Source: Thalia democratica
Lineage: Eukaryota
Length of the DNA stretch: 64,000 nt
Assembly: GCA_965202585.1 (NCBI GenBank)
Contig: OZ241829.1
Location: 11,842,001-11,906,000 of the forward strand
Direction of reading: 5' to 3'
In this document: in pieces, positions 1 through 13,500 of the stretch
Position numbering within the stretch: the first letter of the stretch is position 1
Layout of the letters: every line of letters begins with the position of its first letter
Program-made: the position numbers and the translations under genes
Notes under the pieces: generated by a model
What the model was told of the DNA's origin: nothing
Databases searched by the model: none
Seen by the model: only the letters and a program-made list of their open reading frames with translations

Positions 1-310
1 AACCTGCAAACGGTTTGGTGATCTTCAGAGAACAGCACCTAGTGTTGTTCTATTTCTATACTATTTTTTATACTTCACTTTATTTAAAATCAACCTGCAA
101 ACAGTTTGGTGATCTTCAGAGAACACCACTTAGTGTTGTTCTATTTCTATACTATTTTTTATATTTCACTTTATTTAAAATCAACCTGCAAACGGTTTGG
201 TGATCTTCAGAGAACAGCACCTAGTGTTGTTCTACTTCTATACTATTTTTTATACTTCACTTTATTTAAAACCAACCTGCAAACGGTTTGGTGATCTTCA
301 GCGAACACAA
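1..310 (-). repeat. 91-bp tandem repeat of the exon 57 3' end + donor (4 copies visible, likely continues beyond the window)
   Basis: aacctgcaaac(g/a)gtttggtgatcttcag recurs at ~1, 92, 183 and 274. Confidence 0.95.
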
Positions 311-3300
311 CTTCCTTCAGCGCGTTCTGAGCTGCTTCAGCAGTCACCGTGAAGAACTCATCCTTGCACGGGAGGATGTCCTCCCTACTCGGGAAGTCCA
401 CAGCGAAGCCTAGTAACTCCATCAGTCTGTTCACCAGGTGCAGCAGAGACGTGTATCTGAGATAATTATTTAACTTAAAAATTATTAGATGATTCAGGGC
501 AATTTATTAATTTTGTCAACAAACGCAACATAGACGTGTACTTTTTGAACAATTCAAAGTGGTGTGTTCAAAAAACAGAACCGCTAAGTTGTTACATAAA
601 GTCTGATAACAACAAAAAGTCGAAAATAAGCTTCAAAGTCAATTTAACTTCAAATTTAAGTTTTTAGATTTTTCCAAGTTGTGATTGTAAAACTATGTTT
701 AAATTACAGTGGGGCTAGTTTTATTTAGTAGCACTTCAAAAAGTCAAAAAGTAAATGGGTAGGTTAGACTATTACTAATACCATGAATAAGTTTAGAACA
801 TTTCAACAGAGTTAGTTTATACATTTTACAAATTTGTACAAAGTTATAATTTTATCAGATATGTTAAACTAGTTTATTTGAAAACTGCTAGTTTTGCATC
901 AACTATTCCAAAGTGTTAAAAAAGTATATAAAAACCATAGCGCTTACACAAAACTAATAATCATTGCCACTTCAACAGAGTTAACTTTGATACATACATT
1001 GTTTTACAAATGTTACAATTTTAAGAGATATGTTGAACAAGTTTATTTGAAAACTGATAGGTTTGCATAAATTATTTCAAAATGTCAAAACACCATGGTG
1101 CTTGTACAAAACTAACATAATTCTTAAAAAATCATCCGAAAAAAATAATCGCAAAGTTACTTATAGATACAAACAACTAAAAAGTGTGAAACAATCGACT
1201 ACAAACAGTTACTCGTACTTTGATCCAAAGCAAACCTGTTGGACCACGTTTGGTGAGAAAGGACCCTGTTTGCGGGGTCTTCGGGGCAGAAAACTTTGGG
1301 GAAGGCGTCGAACAGCGCTGCGGGGTCGCCATCCACGTTTTCCAGGTTGGCGTACGTGAGCACGACGTTCTTGAAAGATTCGAAGTCCCGCACCTGACTG
1401 GTCATCATGACGAGGGTCTGTAAAGTTGCAAATATAAACTGAATTGTTTAAAGTAAATTTTGCGATATGAATAATGTTCTAAGATAAACCAAGGTAAAAC
1501 ACATGACTAAACACAATTTTGCATTTTATAGTTGGTAAAGCTATAAGTGGTCAAATATTTAAAGCAACTAGTTCTGATCAGAACTGACTTATATAATTTC
1601 AACTAGATTTACTTAAATGTCTTAAGAAAGTTAAAAGTTTAGTTGAATAATTTTTGTAAATTTCTTACTTCTGTTTATAATTAAGAACAAAACAGATAAA
1701 TATTTAAATATTGATTAAAACTACGAGGGTAGTAAAAGTTTTTTGTCTTAATTTATATTTTAAGTTTAAGCTAAGTGCAACAGTTTTTATACTTTTAGAC
1801 GCATTTGTAAAAAAAAGCTTTTTAGTTTATTGTTTTGAAACAAATTAAAATGCTCGCTTATTATAATAAACCTTTATAATTTCGTTAAAAGTAATTAACA
1901 AATTAAATAAAAAAGTTTATAACTTACAACACTATCCTCACATAAAAATGTGCATTAGTTAACATACTTAATGTGCTTACTGGTATATAAAAAAAAAATC
2001 TAAAAATAAATTTGACTATGTTTCAGACTGATTCAAGAAAATTTAACCAAGTTAAAATAAAAATAAATAAAGTTTTTTTAAATTTTTTATAAAGTATTTC
2101 AACTTAGTTTGATACTTTGTTAATTTGACTTCTTTTATGTAATGTGTCTTGCTTCTATTTTACTGTTTAGTACAATGCAAAAGACTATTTGTATCTTTAG
2201 GTGCTTGATAGAGTTTTACTTATTTAATTTTAACTTTTATAAATATTTAGTCTTGTATATGATACGAAATACATATTTTTTCTTAAAGTACTTAAACGTA
2301 AGTTCTGTCAAAAGTAAACAATAGTTACAATGTATACACTTGAAAGCTTTATTAAAGTAGCACTATTGTCAAACATAGTTAAAAAAATTCATTTTCAACC
2401 TGATAGTTTGATCTGATACCGGGAACTTTGTCCAGAGCAGTGGAGCATCTTCCGGAGAAACAGGACACGATCGAGCTTGACATGCATCCGAGGAACTTCT
2501 CAAAACCAGGTCTGAAATTGAAAAAAAAATCAACGAAAACAGAGTGACAAGGTCATTTCTTGAGAAAAAAGGTCGTAACATTTTGTACTTTGTAAGTTAC
2601 AAAAGAATACTTTTAAAAACTAAACAATTGATAATAAATACTACCTGTCAATATTAGAAGTGGAATAGTTAAAGCACTTAAGAGTATATACTTAGTCAGT
2701 TATAACGTAAAATTAAACAACAGTTAATAACTTTAAGGGTCTTAAATTTTTTACAGCACAGCTCAAAATAATGAAAAATTTGATATTCTTTTATAAAAAT
2801 GTAAAATGAGTACAGATAGTTTTTGAGTCTATAGGCACACAAATCAGATGGCTATAAGTAGTAATTCTTTAAGTCTTTTAACTAGCTTCATGTGTTGTTT
2901 GTTTCACATTATTCATTTTAAACTAACAAGCAATGCTGGCTGTTGCTTTTGTAAGGCAGTCCTTCCACGAAGGGTGCTGTGCAATACTCGATCTTTCCGA
3001 GCAAATCTTTGAACGAACAAGAAGGCAAAAATGGGATGTCTGGAATGATAGAGAAAATAATTAATTACACTTATACTGCTAGTGTACTTATCTACAGCAA
3101 AAGTTTTAAAAACATAAGTTACTACTATTTTTCTTTGTAAAAACTTGAACTAGAACTTCTTAAATTTGTTTTTATTTTTAGACTAAAGTGTAGAAAAACC
3201 TTAAAAAATTTAAAGTATATTTCTTGTTAAAAAGTTATCACAAGTCTCTTTTTCTATGAAGACTTGTACAGTTTAACTCTGTCATAAACCTTAAAGTAGT

Positions 3301-4524
3301 CAAACAATTTCAAATGAATTCCAAAACGATTTTAAAAGCGGCAATATCTTCTTGTGTTACAAATAAATTTTAGATAGTTGAAAACAAAAACATAGTATTA
3401 ATTTAGTTCATTTTATATTATTTTTTCAACTGAATAAAACTTATATGATCAAGACTAAAAATATAACGTTTTCAAAAAGTTAATAGTTGTGAATTAAATT
3501 TTTATTTCTAAGCAGGTGTCCTCTTTTTGTGTTCAATGCGAAAGTTTTAATTAAGGTTTAAAAAAATGTTTGCTTAAGTTAAACAGTATTTGATAAATTG
3601 TTAAACTTTTAACCAACCAACTTCTCTTGTGGCTTAAAAACAGTTTTACAGTAAACTTAATTAAACTAATTTTATTTTTATCAACAACAAAACCTCTTTT
3701 GAAATTCTCAGGGGCTTAGAGTGAAAGTAAAAACTATAAATAATTATTTTACTGACTAAGTACTTATTTTTTCAACCACCAACCTCTTTTGGGGCACTTT
3801 TGGGGCGGAGGTGTTTCCTGCATGTCTGAACACTGGTCGCCATGACAATAGTTCATCGTGCAGTTTCTCAGGAAACCCATTCCTGAGTATTCCACGAACC
3901 TGCTCACGTCCTGACACGTGTAAGCCTTCCTGCTACTCATACATTTGCCTTCCTCAATTACCACTGTAAAGAAAAAATAAGTTACATAATTTGATATTTT
4001 TTACTGTTTAGTTAGTTTAATTCTTGTAAGCCTTCATACTGTTCATGCATTTTCCTACCTCTGTTACCACTGTAAAGGAAAAAAACAAATAGTTTGATAA
4101 TTAGCATCGTTTTATGTATTTCTGTATTACCACTAAAATAATAACTTATAAAATAATTAATAGTTTGTTTTTTTATGTGCTTAAACGTTGCAAGCCTTCC
4201 TCCTCTTCATACATTTGCCTTTCTCGATTATTACTGTTATAGTTTTTTTTGTTTTTTTTTAATGTAATATATAATCTTAAACTAACAAGGAATCTGCTGT
4301 GATACGTGTACGCATTTTTCAGACATAAATTTAAAATAAACAATTAGGCATAGAAAACTTTAAAACAAATTCCAACTAACGAGGAGTCTTATTTGAAACG
4401 AGCACGTATTTTTCTGACATGCACAAAAACTCCCCATTGCCCACATTGCAGGGTGTGACGTACGTGTTGTCCTCAACCACTTTTCCGTCCACCACCATCC
4501 TCTTACCAGTCACGCACTCCCTCT
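277..4524 (-). CDS. Module 8 (exons 52-57, last module exon lies outside the window)
   Basis: Exons 4381-4524, 3784-3963, 2928-3039, 2400-2511, 1236-1417, 277-456. Ends at a TGC AG|GTTGGT donor, as the equivalent exon does in other modules. Confidence 0.9.
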
Positions 4525-7500
4525 CTGTAAGGTTGTAAAAATTTAAAAGTTACCACTGTTTCTGTTGTGCATAATGTTAGTAGTTTTGAATTATACATTT
4601 TTCTTTCTTAGTCTTTAGACCAGTGGTCTTCACGGTTTGCATCTGTGCACATTAGTGTGCATAAAGGTAATTTTAGCGTGCACCAAAGACGTAATGTTCT
4701 AATATAAATATATAGTATAATCATTTTATAAAATAAGAAAAAATAAGCAAAAGGTAATTGTACTATACAAAGTACTTTATATATTTTTTTTTATTTTACA
4801 CTTTAAATCGTTAGACTACAACTTTTTAAAATGCTCAATATCATTAAATTTTAAAACGAAAAGATTTAAATCACTGATAACAGTCGTGTTTCTTTATATT
4901 TATTGACAACTAAGTTCATAACAATGCATATAGTATAAGTCTGTCGTTCAAAAAATGATAGATTTTTTTGTAAGATTCTTGTAGTTCTTTAATAGATTTA
5001 TGCAAACTATTCCGACCGGTTTCGGTGGCGAAAAATTGCTACCTTTTCAAGCAAAAACATTAAACTGCATATAACAATGTTAGTTAATAATGCTGTTATT
5101 TAAAAACTTATTCATGCGTGAAAAGTATAAACAATAACTAAAGTGTAGTTCTTTCATATAAATGTATGAAAACCTCTATCGCATCCGATGAGCTTCTTGT
5201 TGTCGGCAAAGAACTCATAATAAAAAAATAAAATAAACTTATGAAAACCTTTATCGCAACCGATGAGCTTCTTGTTGTCGGCAAAGAACTCGTACAGTAC
5301 CCTGGTTGCTGTTTCGAACTGGTAGGCGTACTCGTGGTTGTCCGGGTACTTCCTGAACAACTCCTGAAAGTTGACCACGTCCTTCTTGGAGCACCCGTGC
5401 CTGTAGATCAGCTTCATCAGCTTCGTGAAGTAGTCGTACGCTCTGTTGATCAGATTTTAATTAAATGCATATAATATTAAATATTTAAATAGAAAAAAAA
5501 TTTAAATTTTTTTTTTCACGGTTACTTTTGAAGTAGTCGTACGCTCTGTTGGGAGATAAGTGTATTAAAGTTAATTTTTTTATTCAAATAACGTTTTTAG
5601 TTTTCTTTGATTAAACCTGAAGCCAAGAGTTTTTTTCTTACAAATATTTTTTTTTGTTTTTAAATTCAAATCAAAAATCAAGTTGTTTTTACAACTTAAC
5701 CTAATCTCTAAAAATGCTTTTTAATAATTTTATACACCTAACAAAAATAAAAGTAAGAAGAAAATGAGTAAACTTAAACGTGCACATAACTGCTTAAAAA
5801 CAAATTCAAACAAAAACAAACTTGCAAATGTCGTTTTTGTCCTGAGCCCTGGCAAGTGAACTGTACAGGTTCTTCTGCAGTATAGCAGACAATGTGTAAA
5901 AGTTGTAATCGCAAGGAAGAATTTGCTCGATCGTCGGAATTTCCACTTTGATTTGCAAGCTGTTGAAGAAATCCTGTGAGAAAAATTGTTTACGTTTCAT
6001 TAAAATCATTTTTTAAATTGTTTTTGTCACTAAAAAGTTATTAAAGTTAATATTTGTTTTTACCTGTGCCATCTTGGTAAAATCGGTTGTGATTATCAAG
6101 GGTTTCTGGTACTTTCCCTCCTTATCGGGGCACAACATCACCGCTTGCTCCAGATCCTCCAGTAGGGTCGCTGTTTCCTGGAAACCTAGCAACCTGAACC
6201 TCTTGACTATTTCCTCCACTGAACTAACCTCGTACATCACTTCTCGGATGGTCTGAAAAAAAATGTTAAGTTTAAATTAAATTAGATTAAGTATTTAACA
6301 GAAGTGAATTCATTGTTTATTAGTCGATTAAAAATAATAATTTTGTTTCTAGAACTTTTATGTACGAAAATAAACTGTTATTTATCTATGTCGTTTTGAA
6401 TTTTTTGTATGATAATTTCGGAAAATCACAATACAAAATTTTCTTATCTAATTATTTTATTTCAATAATGCTTATTATATCTAATTTAAATTCACTATTA
6501 AAAGTATATAAAACGTTAACTAGATAAAATGTTTAATAGACTATGTTTAAGTACATATAAATGTTATTTCTTAGTTCAATATATTATATGTAAAGGTTTT
6601 AATGAACTTACGTAAAATCATTTTATTACTTTTATTATTCTAACTTAAGTTAAAACTAAAACATAAATAATGCTACAAACTTAGCATATCAAAAATTACC
6701 ATGTAAGTGAATCTCATACCAGGAATATCATCTAATACAGTTGGACATCTCCCACTCAAAAAATCAACAATCACCTTTGACAGACACTTTATTGTATCTG
6801 TACTTGCTTTTCTGTGTAATAAATTGTTTACTAGTATTTGCTTGATTTTATAGAACTACTTTGCATAATACTTTAATTCATCTACAATTACTATAAACAT
6901 TGACTCGCGTTTAATTATTTTTTTGGAGCTACATTTTAGTTAGTCTTTTTTTTTTGTTGTTTATAAAACATAAATATAATTGGTTGTTTTGAAAGAAAAG
7001 CTTTTCGAGTACTAGATAAACATAGTTGAAAAAAGGCAAATTAAGCACAAAAATATACAATAAAAGATGAATATATTACATTCATTTTTTTTATTTCTTT
7101 TCTTTTTTTGGGTGGCACGCATGCACCAGTTTCCCTCCCTACGCTACGCCCCTGGTCCTTAGTAAACTTGCTTTTATCTTTATATTCTATAACGTTTGAT
7201 AATATAACATTCGCAGATAAATTAAACATTCAAGTTTCAACCTCTGATAATTTACAGTCTGGTTTGTTAACTAAAGTTTTGTCTGTACATAACTTCATAT
7301 ATACTATTTCGGTTTGTTATAGAGATCGAAATAGTTTCCATCGTAAATAAATCATTGAACAAGTTACTGATCTACCTAAACTTAATACTACTTTAAACCA
7401 ATTAAAACTAACTTTATACACTTACGCGCAGCTCTTTTAGCTAAAACATTGTGCTAAACATTTAAACTAAGTAAACGATTAGAAAATTAGTTGTATTGTA

Positions 7501-10500
7501 TATTATAAAACAGTAACTAGATATTATTTGAATGTAGTTGATAAAAATTTACAAGTTGGTAAGAATTTTCCAACTCCCCTCATCCAAAGTTAGATATATC
7601 AAGTACGAAAAAAAACAAACAAATAATCTTACACTTACAAAAGTGGTTATTTGTGCAAAACTTTTAAGTAAACAACTTGGAATATTTATATTACACATAC
7701 ATGAAGAGACTCACTTGCAGCTTTCCGGATCATTGGGCAGTGATGCGATGTACGGAGCGAAGCAAACCATCAACCCGTCCAAACTCTCCCTCAAGGTGGC
7801 ACCAGGTAACAACTGCATGCCTACATTTTTATCTGTTTGTAAGAGGGTGAAATTACGTATGAAGCTAGGATGACGTCACTTCAAATAACTGATTTGTTTT
7901 GAAGCTCGAAGCTTTTTTATGATGGGTGTTTTATTTTTGTTAAGCTCATGGTTGTTGGGTTAGTAACGCTTGCAAGTAAAAAGTAATAGTTTTGTTGTAA
8001 AATGAACTATTCCACACATGTAAGTATGCGTACGATTTTTGCTAAAAATGAACAATTTTTAACAAAAAAAAAAACTAAAATGTTCTGTGTGTTAGTCTTT
8101 TTACTAGTTTAAACTTCTAGTTTAAGTATGTTAGTATCATATAAAAGTATTTTCAAAGTATGTTAGAATCGTTGTAAATTACGTATAAGTTTTATAAGTA
8201 ATACAAAAATTATAAATGTTTAAAGACAATGTTAGTAGTGGTTTTTTATCGATTATAAAACAGTGCAGGAAGCTAAACAGAATAAAATCACTAACCATAA
8301 AAACAAAATCCTAAAAAACTTAATCCATTTAAAACAAACTAAACACTAAAATATTTTGTAAAGCAAATTTAAAAAAAGTATTCTAATAAACAATTAGTCT
8401 TATCTTAACAATGTTTTATTTACAAAATCTCACTTAAGGTACATCAAGAAAACAGTAAAATTAAAATAAAAGAAGTCAATAATTTTTGAACTCAGTTTTT
8501 TTTCTATTCACTCGCAAACTAACCATGAGGTAGCGGCTTGCAATCGAGTGGCAGTGTTGCCTTAAGTGAAGTGCACATGTCCGTAGAGCAAGACTCAGTT
8601 TCGCACTCGGTAATTTCCCCTCTTCCCATGACGTCATTGTACTTTATGACGTCATCGCAGGTGTAAGGTTCGTGGGCGGGCATGCACATTCCGTATTTGA
8701 TGTCGACTGTTGATAACGGTTGTGAAATATAAAAAATGTTTAGTGCTGTTAAAATTTTATAAAATGAGTTTTTAGCACGGCCAACTTTGTTGTCGACAGT
8801 TGACATTTTTAGCGTTTATTCTAAATTAAACTAAATCATAGAACAAATATAAATAAAGTTGTTGTCAAATTTTGCGAAGTTAACTCCTTAAGTAAAAATT
8901 CTGCTAAACTATAATTTAATCATATATATTCTATAACATGTAGTGACATATATTAGTTCGTTTGTTTGAAAGTTTAAAGATTTTAATACTTTAGATGTGT
9001 TCTCTGACAAAACTTATGCTTATACATATTTAACGATTAACAGAATAATATTAACTAATTTCTACTATATTTTGTTTACTTACAGTTCTGCAACTATTAG
9101 AGAAATAATAAGTATAGTTTTGTCAACATAATCATCCTAAGAAAGTTTATTTTGTATAAAATAATTATTTAAAAAAACTGAGAAAACATTTTTAATTAAT
9201 AAACAAGTAATTATTTTCACAACAAACGTGTGGTGTTGTCAACGTTCATCTTGTATTTTTTCATCTCGCATCTGTCAGAGGGATTGGGGCAGATTGTGAC
9301 GACTGTGTTGTCGTTTATGACGTAATCACCCATCTTTGTTACGTCACCCGTTACGCATCTTCTTTCTGTTGATTAATAATTAATAGGTTAATTTTACTAA
9401 ACTTTATACTTTATGATCATCTATGTAAATAATTTTTGCTTTTAATAATTAAGTATGTATATATGATTTGAGATAATATTCTTGTGTATTGTTAATTAAG
9501 TTTTTAATGCTTATATAAGTTTTGTAATTTCTATTTAGATAATAACACTAAAAACCGTTGAACTATCGGTTGAAGTTTTGTTTTTGTCAAAGTGAAATCT
9601 ATCTTAGCTTAAAGCTGTAATAACTTTTAAAACTTTACTAATTAAAACAAGGTTGTATAAAAAGTTACTCCGAGATTAGAACACTAACAGGCTTTTAAAA
9701 TTACTGTAGTATATAGTACTTATATATTTATTATACTGTAAGTAAACAAACTGTCCATACCTCCTTCACACTGGAACAAGTTCTTGTTGTTTTCCTTGTA
9801 ACCCTTCAGAACTCTCACAGCTTTCTCAATGTTCCTCTGTCTCTTTTCCTCGCCTGTTGAGAAGCAGCCGACCTCCAGTGTTTCCACCAAAGTGTCGAAA
9901 AAGTACTCGTACGATCTTCAAGTAATAATTAATACTTAACTTCTCTTAAAGTTAACAGTTGTTATGGATTTTGAAGTATTCATACTTTATTTATTTTTTT
10001 AGGAAAAATTCGAACTCAAACCTGCAGTACTGCAAGCTTTTACTGAGAGATGCAAACTCAATCTTTCTTCTCTTTAAACTTTCGCTTTTTTCCAAATCTT
10101 TTACACAATTATTTTCCGGCTGGACGTCTAATCCCGTTGATAACAGCAGTTTGTACATTTCTTGAAAAAAAATAGTTTGTAAGCTTCTTGAATAAAAAAA
10201 GTATTTGTACATTTCGTAAATAAAACAAATATGTTCCTTAAACATAAAATTAGTTTGTACATTCGTTTAATTCACAAATCAGTTTGTAGATTCCTTAGAT
10301 AAAACAAATATTTCTAATGACTTTAGTTTATACATTACTTATAAACAAAAATAAAGTTTATTTTTTGAACACAAAATTAATACAAAAAAAATTGTGAGTT
10401 TAGTTTTGTACTAAATACATACAACGAAAAAAAAAACTCCTAAAGAAAAACTTTTCAATTTTCTCAAACTTCTTCGAACACGATATTTCAAGTTATAAAC

Positions 10501-13500
10501 TTTTGACCCAATTAAAGTGCTTGAAACTTCACTTAACGTGGTAAATCTTGTATCAACTTATAAAAAACTATTTTAGATTTTTTATGTCATTAGAAAATTC
10601 TCAATGTTATCCGTATCCCGTATCGTGAGGCCAGCTATTTTACTTTTTTAAATAAAAGTACTTTTATCCCTTAAAATATTTTAAATTTTACCAATCATTG
10701 TACTATGAGTATTAGTAGTAACTTATGAAAATATTTTTTTAGTTCTATTAAACCAGGAAAAAATAATCTCAACATTTTCCGAATCCGAAACCTTGAAACC
10801 AGGTGATCCATGGAATTAATATTTTTTTAATTTTCTAGACTTTTTACCAAGAGTCTAAACTCATATAGCATCTTAATTCTTTTCAATTACTATTAATATT
10901 TACCTTCTCCGAACCCAATACCGTGAAGCCAGTGATCCATAACATCACGTGACGATTGATCATCATCGTGACAGAAGATGTCGTAAGCGCTGCTGAGTAT
11001 TATGGATGAGTTCGCGAATCCCATCATTTGTATCCGGGAAGCCATCTCCGTGAAAGATGTGGCATCCTTCACTATCTCACGAAACATCTTTAGATTAAAT
11101 ATATTTTATATATTTATGATGGTTTTTATAACTGCATATATATATATTAATCAAAGTAGAGGTTATTTTATCTCCATAAATTATGTGGCATCTTTCAAGA
11201 CCTCACGGAACACCTAAGAGTCGTGTTTTTAAAGAATAGGAAAGTTAATATTTGTTGGGATTTTATAAAGATCAAACGAAAAAAAAAATGCTTAATAAAA
11301 CTTTGATTAAGAAAATTAGTTAAACGACAAATACTCATTTTCGAAGTATTTTTAATAGCAGAAACATCTTAAGTTTTTTATTTACTCTACTAACCCCGTA
11401 ATATTCTCTAAAACCGGGGTAGTCGTCTAAGAATGTGGGGCAATTTCCACTGAAACAATCGAAAGCTTTCTTGTTGACACACGTCATCATTACATCAACT
11501 GTATCCCTGTGTATTAATTATGTGCTATTTGATGTAGTTAGCTGTATAATTTTCTATCATTAAAAAAAGCTTTCAAAGTACTTTTGTGTGTTAATTAAAC
11601 CCCTTTAAAGACAGTTATAATTTTTTATTGTTAGATTTGTCCTGTATGTTTTTACCTATTATTAAAAAAAAAATCTATGAAAGGTATTTATTCAGGTGAA
11701 AACTAAGTATAGAAATAAGCTATGTTATTTTTTTGTTTGCCGTTTATAGTTTAAGTTTAGTCATTAGTTTAGTTGAACAGGTAAAAATAAAGTTTGATTT
11801 CAGAACAGTAATTATAAATCTAAAACAAATAGTTTGCTTGAAACTTATGAGCGTTCAACAATTTTTACTGAGGTTCATTTTAATTTTTATTGTCCTGGAC
11901 AAGACGTTAAACTGTATCTAAGTAGTGTACGACTTAATAACCAAAAGCTTTTTTCATACACTAGGTCTTAGGACCATTGTTTTTTATCGTTCATTAAACT
12001 ATTATTACTTAATTTGAATACTCAATAAACAAATTTAAACCTGCACAGTTCATTACTTGCAAACGGTAGCATTGTGGTAAATTTGGACGCGCATTCATGT
12101 ATTTCTTTAGCTGCATCAACCAGTGAACAACTTGGCATGAAAAGCATATCTGAAATATTATTATAAAATTGATATTAATGTTATAATTATTATCAAATAA
12201 TAAATTAATATGTGCATTCATGTATTTCTTTAGCTGCATCAACAAGTGAACAACTTGGCATGAAAAGCATGTCTGAAATATTATTACTGAAGTGTTACTA
12301 ATATTATAACTTATATTAATTAATGAATTTATATGTGCATTCGTGTATTTCTTTAGCTGCATCAACAAGTGAACAACTTGGCATGAAAAGCATGTCTGAA
12401 ATATTAATATTGAACTGTTACTAATATTATAACTTATATTAACTAAAGAATTTATATTTGCATTTATGTTTTCTTTAGCTACATCAAAAAGTAAACAACT
12501 TGGCATAAACAACATCTCTAAAAAAATTGTTTTAAAAGGTTAAAAAAATACCTTGATAAAAAATATGATGTTCTAAGAAGTTTAGAACTCTTTTGACCCA
12601 TTTGGTTTGTTTGAACTAACTTATTTTTAGATGTTTTAGCTAAAAATTTGTGTTTAGAGCTTTACTTTACCTGTCACTTTTAGTTTCATTTTGAATTAAA
12701 AACGATTTAGATAAACAAATGTTTGAGATAAAAATAACAAGCTTCAGTTACAACAAATACTAATTTTTACAAGTACTACATTATCAAACAAACCGTCATC
12801 ACTTTCAGTTTCACAGTTTTCAGTGGAGGTCCTCCTTACTATGCCCTCATTGCAATTATCGTGATCGCACAACTTAACACTGCAATCGGAAACTTCACCG
12901 TAGTTCTGCATCTTGCTGTACTCGTACGCCATCTTGCAGTCGTCCTGAAGTTGCATGTCGTTCAAACAGCTTCCCACCGTTACTTCGACTGGAAAGGATA
13001 AAAATTTCAGTTAAAGATAAAAGCATAAAAAATAAGTTGATAAGCAAGCGTTACTTTAAATAGAAAGGTCAATAAATAATAACCTTGTTTATAAACATAA
13101 TCTTATGTCAAGTTATGCTCCGATAGTCAGTTTGACAGGAAAGAATAACTCGTAATGGTTAACTTCAAATTAGACTAAATAATATTATGTTAACTATGAC
13201 TTCTATACTTCGACTGGAAGAATTATTATTTGTATTTACTAGTATGAAACAGCATAAATTTAACAAAGCTCTATGTTAACTGTTGTGTTGAGAAGTTATA
13301 CTGTTTAAAACTTAAAAGCAGAATATTTTTTTACTAATTAGTATTGTGCTTTATTGTTATATTGCTCATGTCTTTTAAACGTATATACTTGTAAAAATAA
13401 ACAAAAACTGTGTTATTTATTACTCAAGAGGAATTGCAAATTATCTTTTAAATCTTGTCTTTTACAAATATGTGTTGTGAACAGTTGTTTCAATGGCTGT

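Noticed and set aside
1-276. 91-bp units as alternative cassette exons
   Set aside because: The nearest AG gives a 35-nt phase 0-2 piece, incompatible with the phase-2 donor of exon 56. The other AGs tried are out of frame.
4620-4880. CAGTGGTCTTCA hAT/Charlie-like left end
   Set aside because: No matching right TIR or TSD was found.
7110-7154. TACGCCCCTG transposon-like terminus
   Set aside because: Solo end only; element boundaries cannot be supported.
12009-12515. 168-aa minus-strand ORF as an independent gene
   Set aside because: It is a chance frame through the exon 40 acceptor repeats. The true exon is 12041-12149 in another frame.
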